In this document: positions 1 to 9,836 of the stretch, one piece after another
Numbering within the stretch: position 1 is the stretch's first letter
Layout of the letters: each line of letters opens with the position of its first letter
Origin: Octopus sinensis
Taxonomy: Eukaryota
Direction: 5' to 3'
Assembly (NCBI RefSeq): GCF_006345805.1
Contig: NW_021833309.1
Coordinates: 1 to 27,882, forward strand
DNA: 27,882 bases
Made by a program: the position numbers and the translations under genes
Notes under the pieces: model-generated
The model's input: only the letters and a program-made list of their open reading frames with translations
What the model was told of the DNA's origin: nothing
The model's database searches: none

Positions 1-122
1 AAGGGATGAAAGAAAGAAAGGAGAGAAAGAAGAGAAGGAGGAAGAAAGGAAGGGAAGAAAGAAAGGAAGAAAGATAGGAGAGGAGGAAGAGAAGGAGGAA
101 GAAAGAAAGAAGGAAGGGATGA

Positions 123-154
<32 letters not shown>

Positions 155-258
155 AGGAGAGAAAGAAGAGAAGGAGGAAGAAAGGAAGGGAAGAAAGAAA
201 GGAAGAAAGGTAGGAGAGGAGGAAGAGAAGGAGGAAGAAAGAAAGAAGGAAGGGATGA

Positions 259-290
<32 letters not shown>
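1..290. repeat. Polypurine (GAAA/GGAA/GAGA) low-complexity tract with a higher-order unit of about 113-136 bp
   Basis: Nearly all A/G; the marker AAGGGATGAAAG recurs at 1, 114 and 250. The K/E/R-rich ORF 119..301 is an artefact. Confidence 0.9.
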
Positions 291-291
291 C

Positions 292-352
292 TTCGATCTG
301 AAAGGCCCTGACAAAAAATCATGAGGGCAGACCAGCTGTCTTCCTTCTTCTT
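292..352 (-). CDS. Candidate short internal exon of an unidentified host gene (KKKEDSWSALMIFCQGLSDR)
   Basis: Strong acceptor TTTATTTACTCGACTTATTCAG| at 353; the phase-0 frame is open and compatible with exon 470-646 across a 117-bp intron. The donor (A|GTCTTT) is weak, so the 3' boundary is uncertain. Confidence 0.25.
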
Positions 353-469
353 CTGAATAAGTCGAGTAAATAAATAAAAATTACTCCAATTTTCGCGCCG
401 CCTGACTGTCATCAGATGTCCTATCACAAATGAAATGATGTTTGTTGAGGGAGTGAATACCTCGCCTAC

Positions 470-646
470 CTTTCGCTTCTTTTCTTCATCCTTGTAATCT
501 TTGTCGAAGTAACTGGAGAATGTGAGCTTCTTCTGGTCTTCTTCGCTGAACTGGAAATATCTGGCAAAGTTCGTGGAATATGAAAGAAGTTTCTTTACCT
601 CACTTCTGTCCATCGGACTCACATATTGTACGGCCGACTGCGCAGA
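470..646 (-). CDS. Internal coding exon (59 codons, phase 0/0) of an unidentified protein: SAQSAVQYVSPMDRSEVKKLLSYSTNFARYFQFSEEDQKKLTFSSYFDKDYKDEEKKRK
   Basis: Acceptor TTATTCTCGTTACCAG|TCT and donor AAG|GTAGGC; 177 nt, fully open, non-repetitive, GC3-rich codons against an AT-rich background. Protein family not recognised. Confidence 0.65.
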
Positions 647-712
647 CTGGTAACGAGAATAAACAAATAAATAATTTTTCTTTTATTTTTACAAATAACA
701 TTACTGTATTCG

Positions 713-922
713 TTTCTACTCTAGGCACAAGGCCCGAAATTTTTGCGAAGGGCCAGTCGATTACATCGACTCCAGTGCGCAACTGGTACTTAATTTATCG
801 ACCCCGAAAGGATGAGTGGCAAAGTCAACCACGGCGGAATTTGAACTCAGAACGTAACGGCAGACGAAATAAGGATACGCATTTCGCCTGGCGTGCTAAC
901 GTTTCTACAAGCTCGTCGCCTT
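713..922 (-). mobile_element. tRNA-headed SINE family A (tail variant 2)
   Basis: Matches the many other copies in the window (ACTGGTACTTAATTTATCGACCCCGAAAGGATGA...GGAATTTGAACTCAGAACGT); Pol III A/B-box-like head on the minus strand. Confidence 0.9.
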
Positions 923-924
923 AG

Positions 925-1490
925 CCAAAAGCATATAATGGAAAAAAGACATAACAAGTAACTGTAGAATATGTGGAGATGGAGAAGAAGCAATAAATCA
1001 TATTGTCTCTGGCTGCCCAGTCCTGGCTAAGAAGCAATATATTCACAGGTATGACAGAGTTGGAATCTGTGTACACTGGAAGCTATGACAACATGGAATG
1101 ACGACAGAAAGTGGATGGTATAGGCACACGCCAGAAAAAGTCACAGAAAACGAGAAAGCAATCATACTCTGGGATATACCAATACACACAGATAGAGAAA
1201 TTAAGGCCAATAAGTTGGATATAGTTGTCAGAGATCAAGAAAAAACTTGCTTTTCTAATCGATATAATAAGCAGATGATAATGTTTCTTTAAAAGAAACG
1301 GAGAAACCTTCAAAATACAAAGATCTGGAAATAGAGATAACTCGAATGTAAAGTCAAAAAACAGAAACAATTCTTATCATAGTGGGCGCATTAGGTATGA
1401 TAAAAAATACATTCAGAGAAATACATAACAAAAACACCAGGATTAACAAGTATATATAACATTCAGAAAATAGCACCACTGGGCACCGCA
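925..1490 (+). mobile_element. 3' fragment of an R4/Dong-like non-LTR retrotransposon (CCHC knuckle plus restriction-like endonuclease), decayed
   Basis: Translates, with stops and frameshifts, to CRICGDGEEAINHIVSGCPVLAKKQYIHRYDRV...ENEKAIILWDIPIHTDREIKANKLDIVV...KYKDLEIEI...IIVGALGMI...NIQKIAPLGTA. Confidence 0.9.
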
Positions 1491-1499
1491 CTGCTCTGA

Positions 1500-1850
1500 A
1501 GTAGAAGCAACAGAAACAGCCATGATATTCTTCCTCGCTTGCGCCTCAAGAGCCTGCGGTTATCGCTAATTCTGTTTACGCCTGTTTCTCCTCTCCAGCT
1601 TTCGTCTACCACCTTCAAGGCAGTAGGCCCTCACATGGATCTTTTTTTTTACTCCCACATGTGTAGCATTTTGACCTTCTTCTGACCTACGCCACCAAGC
1701 TCATTGGGAGCATCTACAATCTTACAATAGAGTATCACTGTGTAACTCCAGGATGATCTTATAACTTTCGAAGGTCATCACGACCTGGTCGTCCTTGATA
1801 ACAATATCTAATGGACATCTCTTGGTTTCCTTGTCTCTGCATGTTAGCAT
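1500..1850 (-). mobile_element. Possible decayed retroelement gag/ORF1 remnant with a frameshifted CCHC zinc knuckle
   Basis: 1668-1620 reads CYTCGSK-(poly-A slip)-HVRAYC, i.e. C-x2-C-x4-H-x4-C if the A run is contracted; multiple stops nearby. Confidence 0.35.
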
Positions 1851-1980
1851 ATAAAACATTAATGTCCTTTCGTCATTCCCGAAGGCCTTTCTTGCGTGTA
1901 TGCTTCCCCCAGAAGCATCCGCAGACGAAGAACCAGGCATATATTCTTGTCGATTCTGAGACCCTCCCAACAATTTCCAA

Positions 1981-2060
1981 AATGCCACGCAGTGGGACTG
2001 AACCCCAAACCGTGTGACTGGAAAGCAAGCTTCTTACCACATAGCCACGATAACAACATT
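1981..2060 (-). mobile_element. SINE family B, tRNA-like head only
   Basis: Reverse complement GTGGCTATGTGGTAAGAAGCTTGC...GGTTCAGTCCCACTGCGTGGCA matches the head of the copy at 2474-2838. Confidence 0.85.
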
Positions 2061-2069
2061 ATAAGTTTA

Positions 2070-2150
2070 GTACTTACCCTATCTACTTCTTTTGCCGAAC
2101 CGCTTAGTTACGGGGACGCGAAGTTAAGTGGTCGTCAAACGGTGGCGGGG
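2070..2150 (-). mobile_element. SINE family B internal fragment
   Basis: TTTTGCCGAACCGCTTAGTTACGGGGACG matches the B body seen at 9306-9333. Confidence 0.7.
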
Positions 2151-2338
2151 GACAGCCACGATACAAAGATCTAGTGCCGTTAGTAAGAAAATAAACCATT
2201 ATTCACAAATAGTACTCATCAAAATAATAATTCCAACTAAATTGCTTGAATAACGAGGAAAAACTAACAAAAAATATAGAGAGAGAATAAAATAAAAACA
2301 TTATATGAGTAATAAGAGTTTACAATAAAAATACAAAC

Positions 2339-2424
2339 ATCTGTTTCACCGGTTCCTGGATTCGAACTCTGAACGTTAGTTTTCACATTTTTATTCAAGT
2401 CCTCTGTTGCTGCTTTTGAGGTTT
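2339..2424 (-). CDS. Candidate internal exon (x-TSKAATEDLNKNVKTNVQSSNPGTGETD), phase 1 to phase 0
   Basis: Strong acceptor TTTTATACTGTTTTACAG| at 2425; only one frame is open; donor GAT|GTTTGT is in phase 0, matching the start of exon 470-646. An alternative donor G|GTGAAA lies at 2350. Confidence 0.45.
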
Positions 2425-2473
2425 CTGTAAAACAGTATAAAACAATGAATCGAATTATTTCCAATCACATAGA

Positions 2474-2838
2474 AACGTTGTTATCGTGGTTATGTGGTAA
2501 GCAGCTTGCTTCCCAACCACATGGTTCCAGGTTCAGTCCCACTGCATGGCACCTTGGGCAAGTGTCTTTCTATAGCCTCAAGTCGATTAAAGCTTTCTGA
2601 GTAGATTTGGTCAACGGAAACTGAAAGAAACTCGTTGTATACATCTATATTTATATCTACGTGTGTGTCTTTGACAACCGGTGCTGGTGTATTTACGCCC
2701 CCGTAACTTACCGGTTCGGCAAGAAAAACTGATAGAATAAGTACTAGGCTTTAAAAATGTACTGGGGTCGACACATCCGACTAAAATGCTTCAAGGCTGT
2801 GCCCCAACGTGGCCGCAGTCTAATGACCAACAAGTTAT
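2474..2838 (+). mobile_element. SINE family B, near full length
   Basis: tRNA-like head, ACCTTGGGCAAGTG core start, internal microsatellite, tail GTGCCCCAACGTGGCCGCAGTCTAATGAC. Confidence 0.9.
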
Positions 2839-2839
2839 A

Positions 2840-3041
2840 GGTGATAGATAGATAGATTGATTCATACATACACTCATAAATACACACATACACACACACA
2901 CACATACACACACATACATACATACGTACGTACGTACGTACGTACGTACGTACGTACGTACGTACATACATACATACATACATACATACATACATACATA
3001 CATACATACATACATACATACATACTACATACATACATACA

Positions 3042-3072
<31 letters not shown>

Positions 3073-3198
3073 CATACATACATACATACATACATACATA
3101 CAACATACATACATACATACATACATACATAACATACATACATAACAATACAACCAACAATAACATACATACATACATACATACATACATACATACAT
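2840..3198. repeat. Compound microsatellite (TAGA)/(CA)/(TACG)n/(TACA)n
   Basis: Direct reading; source of the spurious MYVC/HTYI ORFs. Confidence 0.95.
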
Positions 3199-3965
3199 AA
3201 ATCAGTGCGTGACCTGGGCATGACATGAGCAATGATGCATCTTTCCAATGCATATTGCTAATCTGGTGATAAAATGCAGACGGCTAGCTGGATGGATTCT
3301 CCGAACTTTCAGAACAAGAGAGAAGGAGACACTGATGGTCCTATGGAAAACATTTGTCCTCAGCCGCTTGGACTACTGCTCCCAAATTTGGTCACCACAC
3401 AATATAAACAAACAGCAGAACTCGAAGCAACTCAGAGAAGCTAACAAAGAAAATCGTCTCAATGCAAAATGTCAGCTACTGGGAAAGACTGAAGGTATTA
3501 AACCTCTTCTCCCTGGAGCGGAGGCGGGAGAGATATGCAGTGATATACATCTGGAAAATCCTGGAGGGTCTTGTCCCAAACTTTGGCATTCAAGTTACTC
3601 CAACCGCAGAACGGGGCGCCGCTGCGTGGTGCCAAGGATTCCAACATCACCATCAAAATACAGGTCCAATACTGCAACAGCTTGGGTTTCAGAGGACCAC
3701 AGCTTTTCAACATCCTCCTAAATGCCTGAGAGACTTACATGGTGTGGATGTGGGTTTCTTTAAAACTAACTGGATCTCTTCTTGTTGGGAGTCCCAGATG
3801 AACCTACCTCACGACAGGAGACACGGATGCGGGCAGCAGCATCGAACTCCCTTGTTGATCAAGTGCCACGTATCAGAGGTGATTCACAAACTAGTGTGCT
3901 CATCAGCGGTGGTGCCCCAGCATGGCCGCGGCCTTCGGCTAAAACATTTTTAAGATTTAAGGATT
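3199..3965 (+). mobile_element. 5'-truncated CR1/L2-group LINE (RT C-terminus plus 3' UTR), frameshifted
   Basis: SVRDLG...HIANLVIKCRRLAGWILRTF...FVLSRLDYCSQIWSP...SYWERLKVLNLFSLERRRERYAVIYIWKILEGLVPN; ends GGTGCCCCAGCATGGCCGCGGCCTTCGGCTAAAAC; flanked by (TACA)n on both sides. Confidence 0.9.
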
Positions 3966-4359
3966 ATACTACATACATACATACATACATACATACATAC
4001 ATACATACATACATACGAACTTAAATATATAAACACAATGTGTGTTCGAATGTTATGCCTTCATCAACCTTAACTATGGAAGGACATCAAGGAGAGATAA
4101 TTGAAACATTTAACACGATGAACCAATACTTTGAACATCCATAGATTCATGCTTCAAAGTGAAAGATGGAATTCTCATGGGTCCGTGATCAGACCTGCTA
4201 GTTGCAGATTTTTCAGATCTGAAAGCCAGGATATATAGTATATCATATATATTTTGTATTGTTGTTGAACTAGAGCTCCACCTTGGCCCTGAGGATCTAT
4301 GAGAAATGTATATCAACCATGACCATCTCTGTTTAACTGACAGCACATTCTAGTGAAAT

Positions 4360-5103
4360 TAGATAGACCACAATACGCAACTGGTACTTGACATATTGAC
4401 CCCGAAAGGATGAAAGCCAAAGGCGACCTCGGCGGAATTTGATCTCAAAACATAAAGACAGACGAAATACCTATTTCTCTACTAACCACAAGGGGCCAAA
4501 CACAGAGGAGACAAACAAGGACAGACAAACGGATTAAGTCGATTATATCGACCCGTGCGTAACTGGTACTTAATTTATCGACCCCGAAAGTATGAAAGGC
4601 AAAGTCGACCTCGGCGGAATTTGAACTCAGAACGTAGCGACACACGAAATACCTATTTTTTTACTATCCACAAGGGGCTAAACACAAGGAGGACAAACAA
4701 GGACAGACAAGCGGATTAAGTCGATTATATCGACCCCAGTGCGTAACTGGTACTTATTTAATCGACCTCGAAAGGATGAAAGGCAAAGTCGACCTCGACG
4801 GAATTTGAACTCAGAACGTAGCGGCAGACGAAATACCGCTAAGCATTTCGCCCGACGTGCAAACGTTAGAAACCGATATATTTATTTCTTTATTGCCCAC
4901 AGAGGGTTAAAAATAAAGAGGCAAACTAAAGGATTAAGACGATTACATCGACCCCAGTGCGTAACTGGACTTACTTAATCGATCCCGAAAGGATGAAAGG
5001 CAAAGTCGACCTCGGCGGAATTTGAACTCAGAACTCAAAGACAGACGAAATTCCGTTAAACATTTCTCCCGGCGTGCTAACGTTTCTGCCAGCTCACCGC
5101 CTT
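4360..5103 (-). mobile_element. Head-to-tail array of four SINE A copies (about 4360-4470, 4471-4652, 4653-4868, 4880-5103)
   Basis: Repeated core; identical junction GAAATAC|CTATTT at 4470 and 4652; only the last copy has a complete head (GCCAGCTCACCGCCTT). Confidence 0.9.
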
Positions 5104-5207
5104 ATAGTTACGCTTAATAATAGAAAAATAATGCAACATCAAGCCTCAATAGGAATTAGGTGGGTGACCGCTTGAGGGACCAAAGTGCTGTAAGCATTTC
5201 ACTTTAA

Positions 5208-5420
5208 GACAACGAACTGGCGGAACGATAAATACGCCAGGCAAAATGCTTTGCGGCGTTGCGTTCGTCTCTACGTTTCTGAGTTCAAGTTCCACCATGA
5301 TTGACTTAGTCTTTCATCCATTCGGGGTCTTTAAAATGACGACCAGTGAGCATAGGGGGTCGATGTAATCGACTTAACTTGAAATTGCTGGGTTTTCTGC
5401 CAAAATTTGAAACCAATATA
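5208..5420 (+). mobile_element. SINE family A, diverged, tail variant 3
   Basis: CGAACTGGCGGAACG...TTCTGAGTTCAAGTTCC...TTTCATCCATTCGGGGTC...GGGGTCGATGTAATCGACTT...CCAAAATTTGAAACCAAT. Confidence 0.8.
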
Positions 5421-5597
5421 AGCAGAAAAATTATCTAGAAATGTGTGTGGGGGTGGGGGTTATTGCTGGCTTTATTCATTTACCGATATACAAAAAAAAA
5501 GCGTGATAGAATAGAGTTTAAATTCTTTTTATCTCTTTTGTGTGTGTGGTGTGTGTGTGTGTGGTGTGTGTGTGTGTGAGTAAAGAGCCGGAAGTAA

Positions 5598-5742
5598 TAA
5601 TCGTTTCTGCTATAGGCCTAAAATTTGAGGGGAGGGGACTAGTCGATTACATCGACCCTAGTGTTTCACCGATACTTAATGAATCAACTCCAAAGGGATA
5701 AAAGGCAGAGTCGACCTCAGCGGAATTTACGATATAATAATG

Positions 5743-5773
<31 letters not shown>

Positions 5774-6353
5774 AATTATTGTATACAGTGCTCAGGTGCA
5801 CCACAACTTGTCAAAAGTACGTATAAAGCATATGCAGTAATGTAGAAATGTCTGGAAAGCGAACAATGTATGAGTCAGATACATGCTTGCGTGTGTATGG
5901 AGGGGAGAAAATCAGGTATAGTGTTGGCGAATCCCAGGAAGCACGGAAGTTTTGAAGGATGCAGTGCTCCGACAACTAACAACTGATGCCGGCAGTCTGT
6001 TCCATGCTTCAGCAACTCTTAGCGTGAAAAAATGTTTCCGAAAGTCATGGAGCTGTGCTGTTTTCTGACTTTGTAAACATCTCCACGGATGTTAGACAGG
6101 TGGAGTTTGAAAAGGTGCTCAGAGCTATTGTAAGATGGTTAATAATTTTATGGGTGTCTGCCAAGTCCATTGCCAAACGTCGGAGTTTCAATGTATCCAT
6201 GCCCAAGGAAGTAAGGCGTTCAGAATATGGCAAATGGCTGATGGAGGGTATTCTCTTGGTTGCACGACGCTGAACGGTTTACAGACGGAATGTAGCGAAT
6301 ACTGTTAAGCATTTCGCCCAACGTGCTCACGAGTCTGTCAGCTCGCCGTCTTC
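5598..6353 (-). mobile_element. SINE family A split by a CR1 insertion (tail/body 5598-5730, head 6281-6353), with a 14-bp TSD
   Basis: The direct repeat AGAGCCGGAAGTAA at 5584-5597 and 6354-6367 brackets both halves. Confidence 0.75.
5733..6280 (-). mobile_element. 5'-truncated CR1-group LINE with (ATT)n tail
   Basis: VQRRATKRIPSISHLPYSERLTSLGMDTLKLRRLAMDL...DFRKHFFTLRVAEAWNRLPASVVSCRSTASFKT; 3' end GTGGTGCACCTGAGCACTGTATACAATAA followed by (ATT)n. Confidence 0.9.
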
Positions 6354-6554
6354 AGAGCCGGAAGTAAAACCGCAAAGCATTTTTTTCCGATGTTCAAATG
6401 AGTTTGCCCGCTCACGACCTCAGAGGATTCGAACTCCCACTGCAGAGACTTAAAGTGATTCCCACGTTGAATGGTGGTTTCAAATTTTTTGTCCAAGAAC
6501 AGTGAATTTAGGTGCCGCAGACTGGGGGTCGGAACGGGGGAGACACGAAGCGGA

Positions 6555-6740
6555 TCGGAGCAATTACTTTTGATGGCTTCGACCCGAGAGGTTAACTGGT
6601 ATTTCTTTTGTTGCTTTTGGAAGGGCCGAAGTCAAACTTGTTCTCGACAGAATAAGAACTTAGAAAGTAAAGAAACAGAAGAGAAACTATTAAAGCATTT
6701 TAATTGACGCGTAACTGTTCTGACAGCTTACCGCCTCAAC
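6555..6740 (-). mobile_element. Highly diverged SINE A copy
   Basis: Colinear degenerate matches to the core and head (TCGACCCGAG..AACTGGTATTTC...TAAAGCATTT...CTGACAGCTTACCGCCT). Confidence 0.5.
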
Positions 6741-6984
6741 AAAGTTGCCCTCAGCAGATTTGAACTCTGAACCTCAAGTACTGAAGCCATTACCACTAAG
6801 TTACACATTACATAATAAACGTAATCAAAAGGTAAGCGAAAACAATTTCAAGGGGCGTAACTCTTAAGAATTAAAAACGAGTTATGCCCCCTAACACAGC
6901 AAACTAGTCTAGAGAATTCACACACGCATTTTTTAAAATATCATTTAAAGGCGGGAAATTTCAGTAATTTAATTTATTCTTTTA

Positions 6985-7038
6985 TTTCTCTACTCTTTTA
7001 TTTGTTTGTCATTTGACTGCGGCCATGCTGGAGCACCG
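6985..7038 (-). mobile_element. SINE family B 3' tail fragment
   Basis: GTCATTTGACTGCGGCCATGCTGGAGCACCG. Confidence 0.8.
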
Positions 7039-7109
7039 TTTCTTTTTCTCCTCGGATCCCCGACCCCTGGGCTTAATCGTGTCACGCACTTTTGGTATCG
7101 GACACTTAT

Positions 7110-7322
7110 TCCGTCAACAGTTCCAGTTGATCCAACCAACGGAACAGCCTGCTCGTGAAATTAATGTGCAAGTGGCTGAGTATCCATCTGACATGGATAC
7201 ATTTAATGTAGTTTTCAGGGTGATTCAACATCACATGGAATGTGACAAGGGTGGCCCTTTGAAATACAGGTGTTATTCATTTTTGCCAGCTGAGTGGACG
7301 GGAGCAAAAGTGAAATAGAGTG
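7110..7322 (-). mobile_element. SINE family C, 3' portion
   Basis: CCAGTTGATCCAACCAACGGAACAGCCTGCTCGTGAAATTAATGTGCAAGTGGCTGAG is the reverse complement of the tails at 10120-10190 and 15820-15885. Confidence 0.85.
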
Positions 7323-7333
7323 TGTCTGTGTGT

Positions 7334-7481
7334 CACTAGCGTAGCTAGAGTGTGTGCCGCTCGGGGCAGCCCTTCAGTTTGCCGCCCCAGTGTTCCTACA
7401 AAAATTCCGTATCCATAAAAGTGCCGCCGCCCCCATAAAAATACCGACTTGGCCGGACCACCCCCTCTAGCTACGTTAATG
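7334..7481. mobile_element. 148-bp hAT-like MITE
   Basis: TIRs CACTAGCGTAGCTAGAG / CTCTAGCTACGTTAATG (15/17); flanking 8-mers CTGTGTGT / TTGTGCGT (6/8, both differences transitions); GC-rich GCCGCCCC subterminal motifs. Confidence 0.7.
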
Positions 7482-7514
7482 TTGTGCGTGTATGTGGGCT
7501 CCGCCCTCAAAAAT

Positions 7515-7704
7515 TTTTAGTCGAATAAATCGACAGCAGTACCTTTTTTTTTTTTTTTAAGACGCCTGGTACTTATACTATCGGATGTTTTTTCCGAACC
7601 GCTGGTTCACGGGAACGAAAGCACACCAACACCGGTTTTCAAGCAGTGGTGGCGGACAAACACAAGCACAAAGACACACACACAAACATATATACATACA
7701 TACT

Positions 7705-7773
<69 letters not shown>

Positions 7774-7901
7774 ATATGAACGAGCTTCTTTCAGTTTCCG
7801 TTTACAAAATCCACTGATAAGGCTTTGGTCGGTTAGCCCGAGGCTAGGATTGAACCAGGAACCATTTAGTTGGGAAACAACTTTCTTATCACACAGCCAC
7901 G
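7515..7901 (-). mobile_element. SINE family B, 3'-truncated and internally deleted, with an internal (CA)n-(TG)n inversion
   Basis: Head end TTCTTATCACACAGCCAC; core GCTTCTTTCAGTTTCCGTTTACAAAATCCAC; body TTCCGAACCGCT. Confidence 0.85.
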
Positions 7902-7923
7902 CTTTCGCCAATGGCTTTTCTCC

Positions 7924-8764
7924 ACTTGAATTTAGAAACTTCAAAAGAGTTTGAAATAATTTGTTTCTAACGACGGAGCTCCATACTCGAATTAGATAAG
8001 GCTATAAATAATAGAGTAAGAATAAAGTACTTAAAATCCCTAGGGATGGAACACATCGAAGGCTTTGGTTAATATTATCTTTTTTCTGGGTCTTTAGCAT
8101 CTGAAGTTATTTATGTGGCCCATTTGGCGGACATAAAGAATGTGGACCACCACCCCACCCCTTTTTTTTTTTTTACAGAATTCCCCATTTTCGAGTACGG
8201 AGATTCTGAGTCTACAAAAAAAAAAACAGCATTTTAACATTTTAATTTCCCTCTCCCCATAATAGTTTTAAAATTGTAATTTTTTTTTTAATTGTAATTT
8301 TACAAAATGAATTTTTTTTTTCAGAATCATAATCAAAATTTCTGAAAGAGGTGAAAATTGAAGAATTGGTGGTGAGGGAATTAAATTTTTTTTTCTTTTT
8401 GCAGAATCAGAACCTCCGTACTCGAAAATGGTAGATTCTCTATTAAAAAAAAAATACCAAAGGGTTGCGGTTCACATTCTTTACGGCCGCCTTAAATTTT
8501 GGGCCACACCACTTCTCTACAATTTAGAAACTTGAACTTAGAAACTTCAAAAGATTTTGAAATAATTTGATTTTAACGATGGAACTCCATACTCGAATTA
8601 GATAATGCTATAAATGATAGTGTAAAAATAAAGTGTTTAAAATTCCTGGGGATAAAACACATCGAAGGATTTGGTTTATATCTTATTTTTTTCTGGGTCT
8701 CTTAACACCTGAAGTTATTCATGTGGCCCCTGTATTTAATATCTGGCCACACCACTTCTCTACA
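7924..8764. repeat. Imperfect tandem duplication (unit 1 about 7924-8521, unit 2 about 8529-8764)
   Basis: About 200 bp align (ACTTGAA[T/C]TTAGAAACTTCAAAAGA...CTCCATACTCGAATTAGATAA...CTGAAGTTATT.ATGTGGCCC); both units end GGCCACACCACTTCTCTACA (8502-8521, 8745-8764). Confidence 0.85.
8114..8508. mobile_element. Foldback / MITE-like element with inverted arms of about 110 bp
   Basis: Left arm TGTGGCCC..GGCGGACATAAAGAATGTGG...CCATTTTCGAGTACGGAGATTCTGAGTCT versus right arm AGAATCAGAACCTCCGTACTCGAAAATGG...CACATTCTTTACGGCCGCC...GGGCCACA. Confidence 0.75.
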
Positions 8765-8998
8765 GTTAACGTTAGACATGTAGTTAAGATACTTTATATC
8801 AATCGCAGACATAACATATGAAAGAGAGAAACCAGTCTTACGTGAATCCATTTTAACGTTTTGCAACCTACGACACGAATAAGATACTATTGCGTCTTGA
8901 AGTCGTGAATTGTTCGATATTGTGACGTTTGTAGCTCGAGAAGATTCTGTTCTGTTCTATACAATTGGTCTCATGTGAATAAACATCTACACTCACGC

Positions 8999-9045
<47 letters not shown>

Positions 9046-9188
9046 CAAAGAGAGAGCCATATACACATTCATACATGCATATATATACACATAGACAGAT
9101 ACCTATACACACATACATAAGTACATACATACATACATACATACTACATACATACATACATACATATATATATTCTTTTATTCTATCA

Positions 9189-9625
<437 letters not shown>

Positions 9626-9836
9626 ATGGTTATTCATAACGTAAATAATACATATATGCATATACATCATTATATACATATACACATTCGAGGGGTACTG
9701 AAAAGGATCAGTTAATTATGATGCTATTCAACATGTTCAACATATTCCCCTCTCAGATCCACACATTTATTGCAACGGTCCTCCATCCAAAGCTTTTCAG
9801 CATCCACTCGAACATATATGTATCTATACTCATACG

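Noticed and set aside
4130-4218. Possible minus-strand exon SEKSATSRSDHGPMRIPSFTLKHESMDVQ
   Set aside because: Acceptable acceptor but weak donor (A|GTATTG) and no recognisable protein; chance-level support.
8502-8764. 20-bp direct repeat read as a TSD
   Set aside because: Better explained as the common end of two tandem duplication units.
8842-8950. Open minus-strand frame ending CAC|GTAAGA (possible first exon M-D-S)
   Set aside because: Good donor only; no clear acceptor or promoter, and a short open frame is expected by chance.
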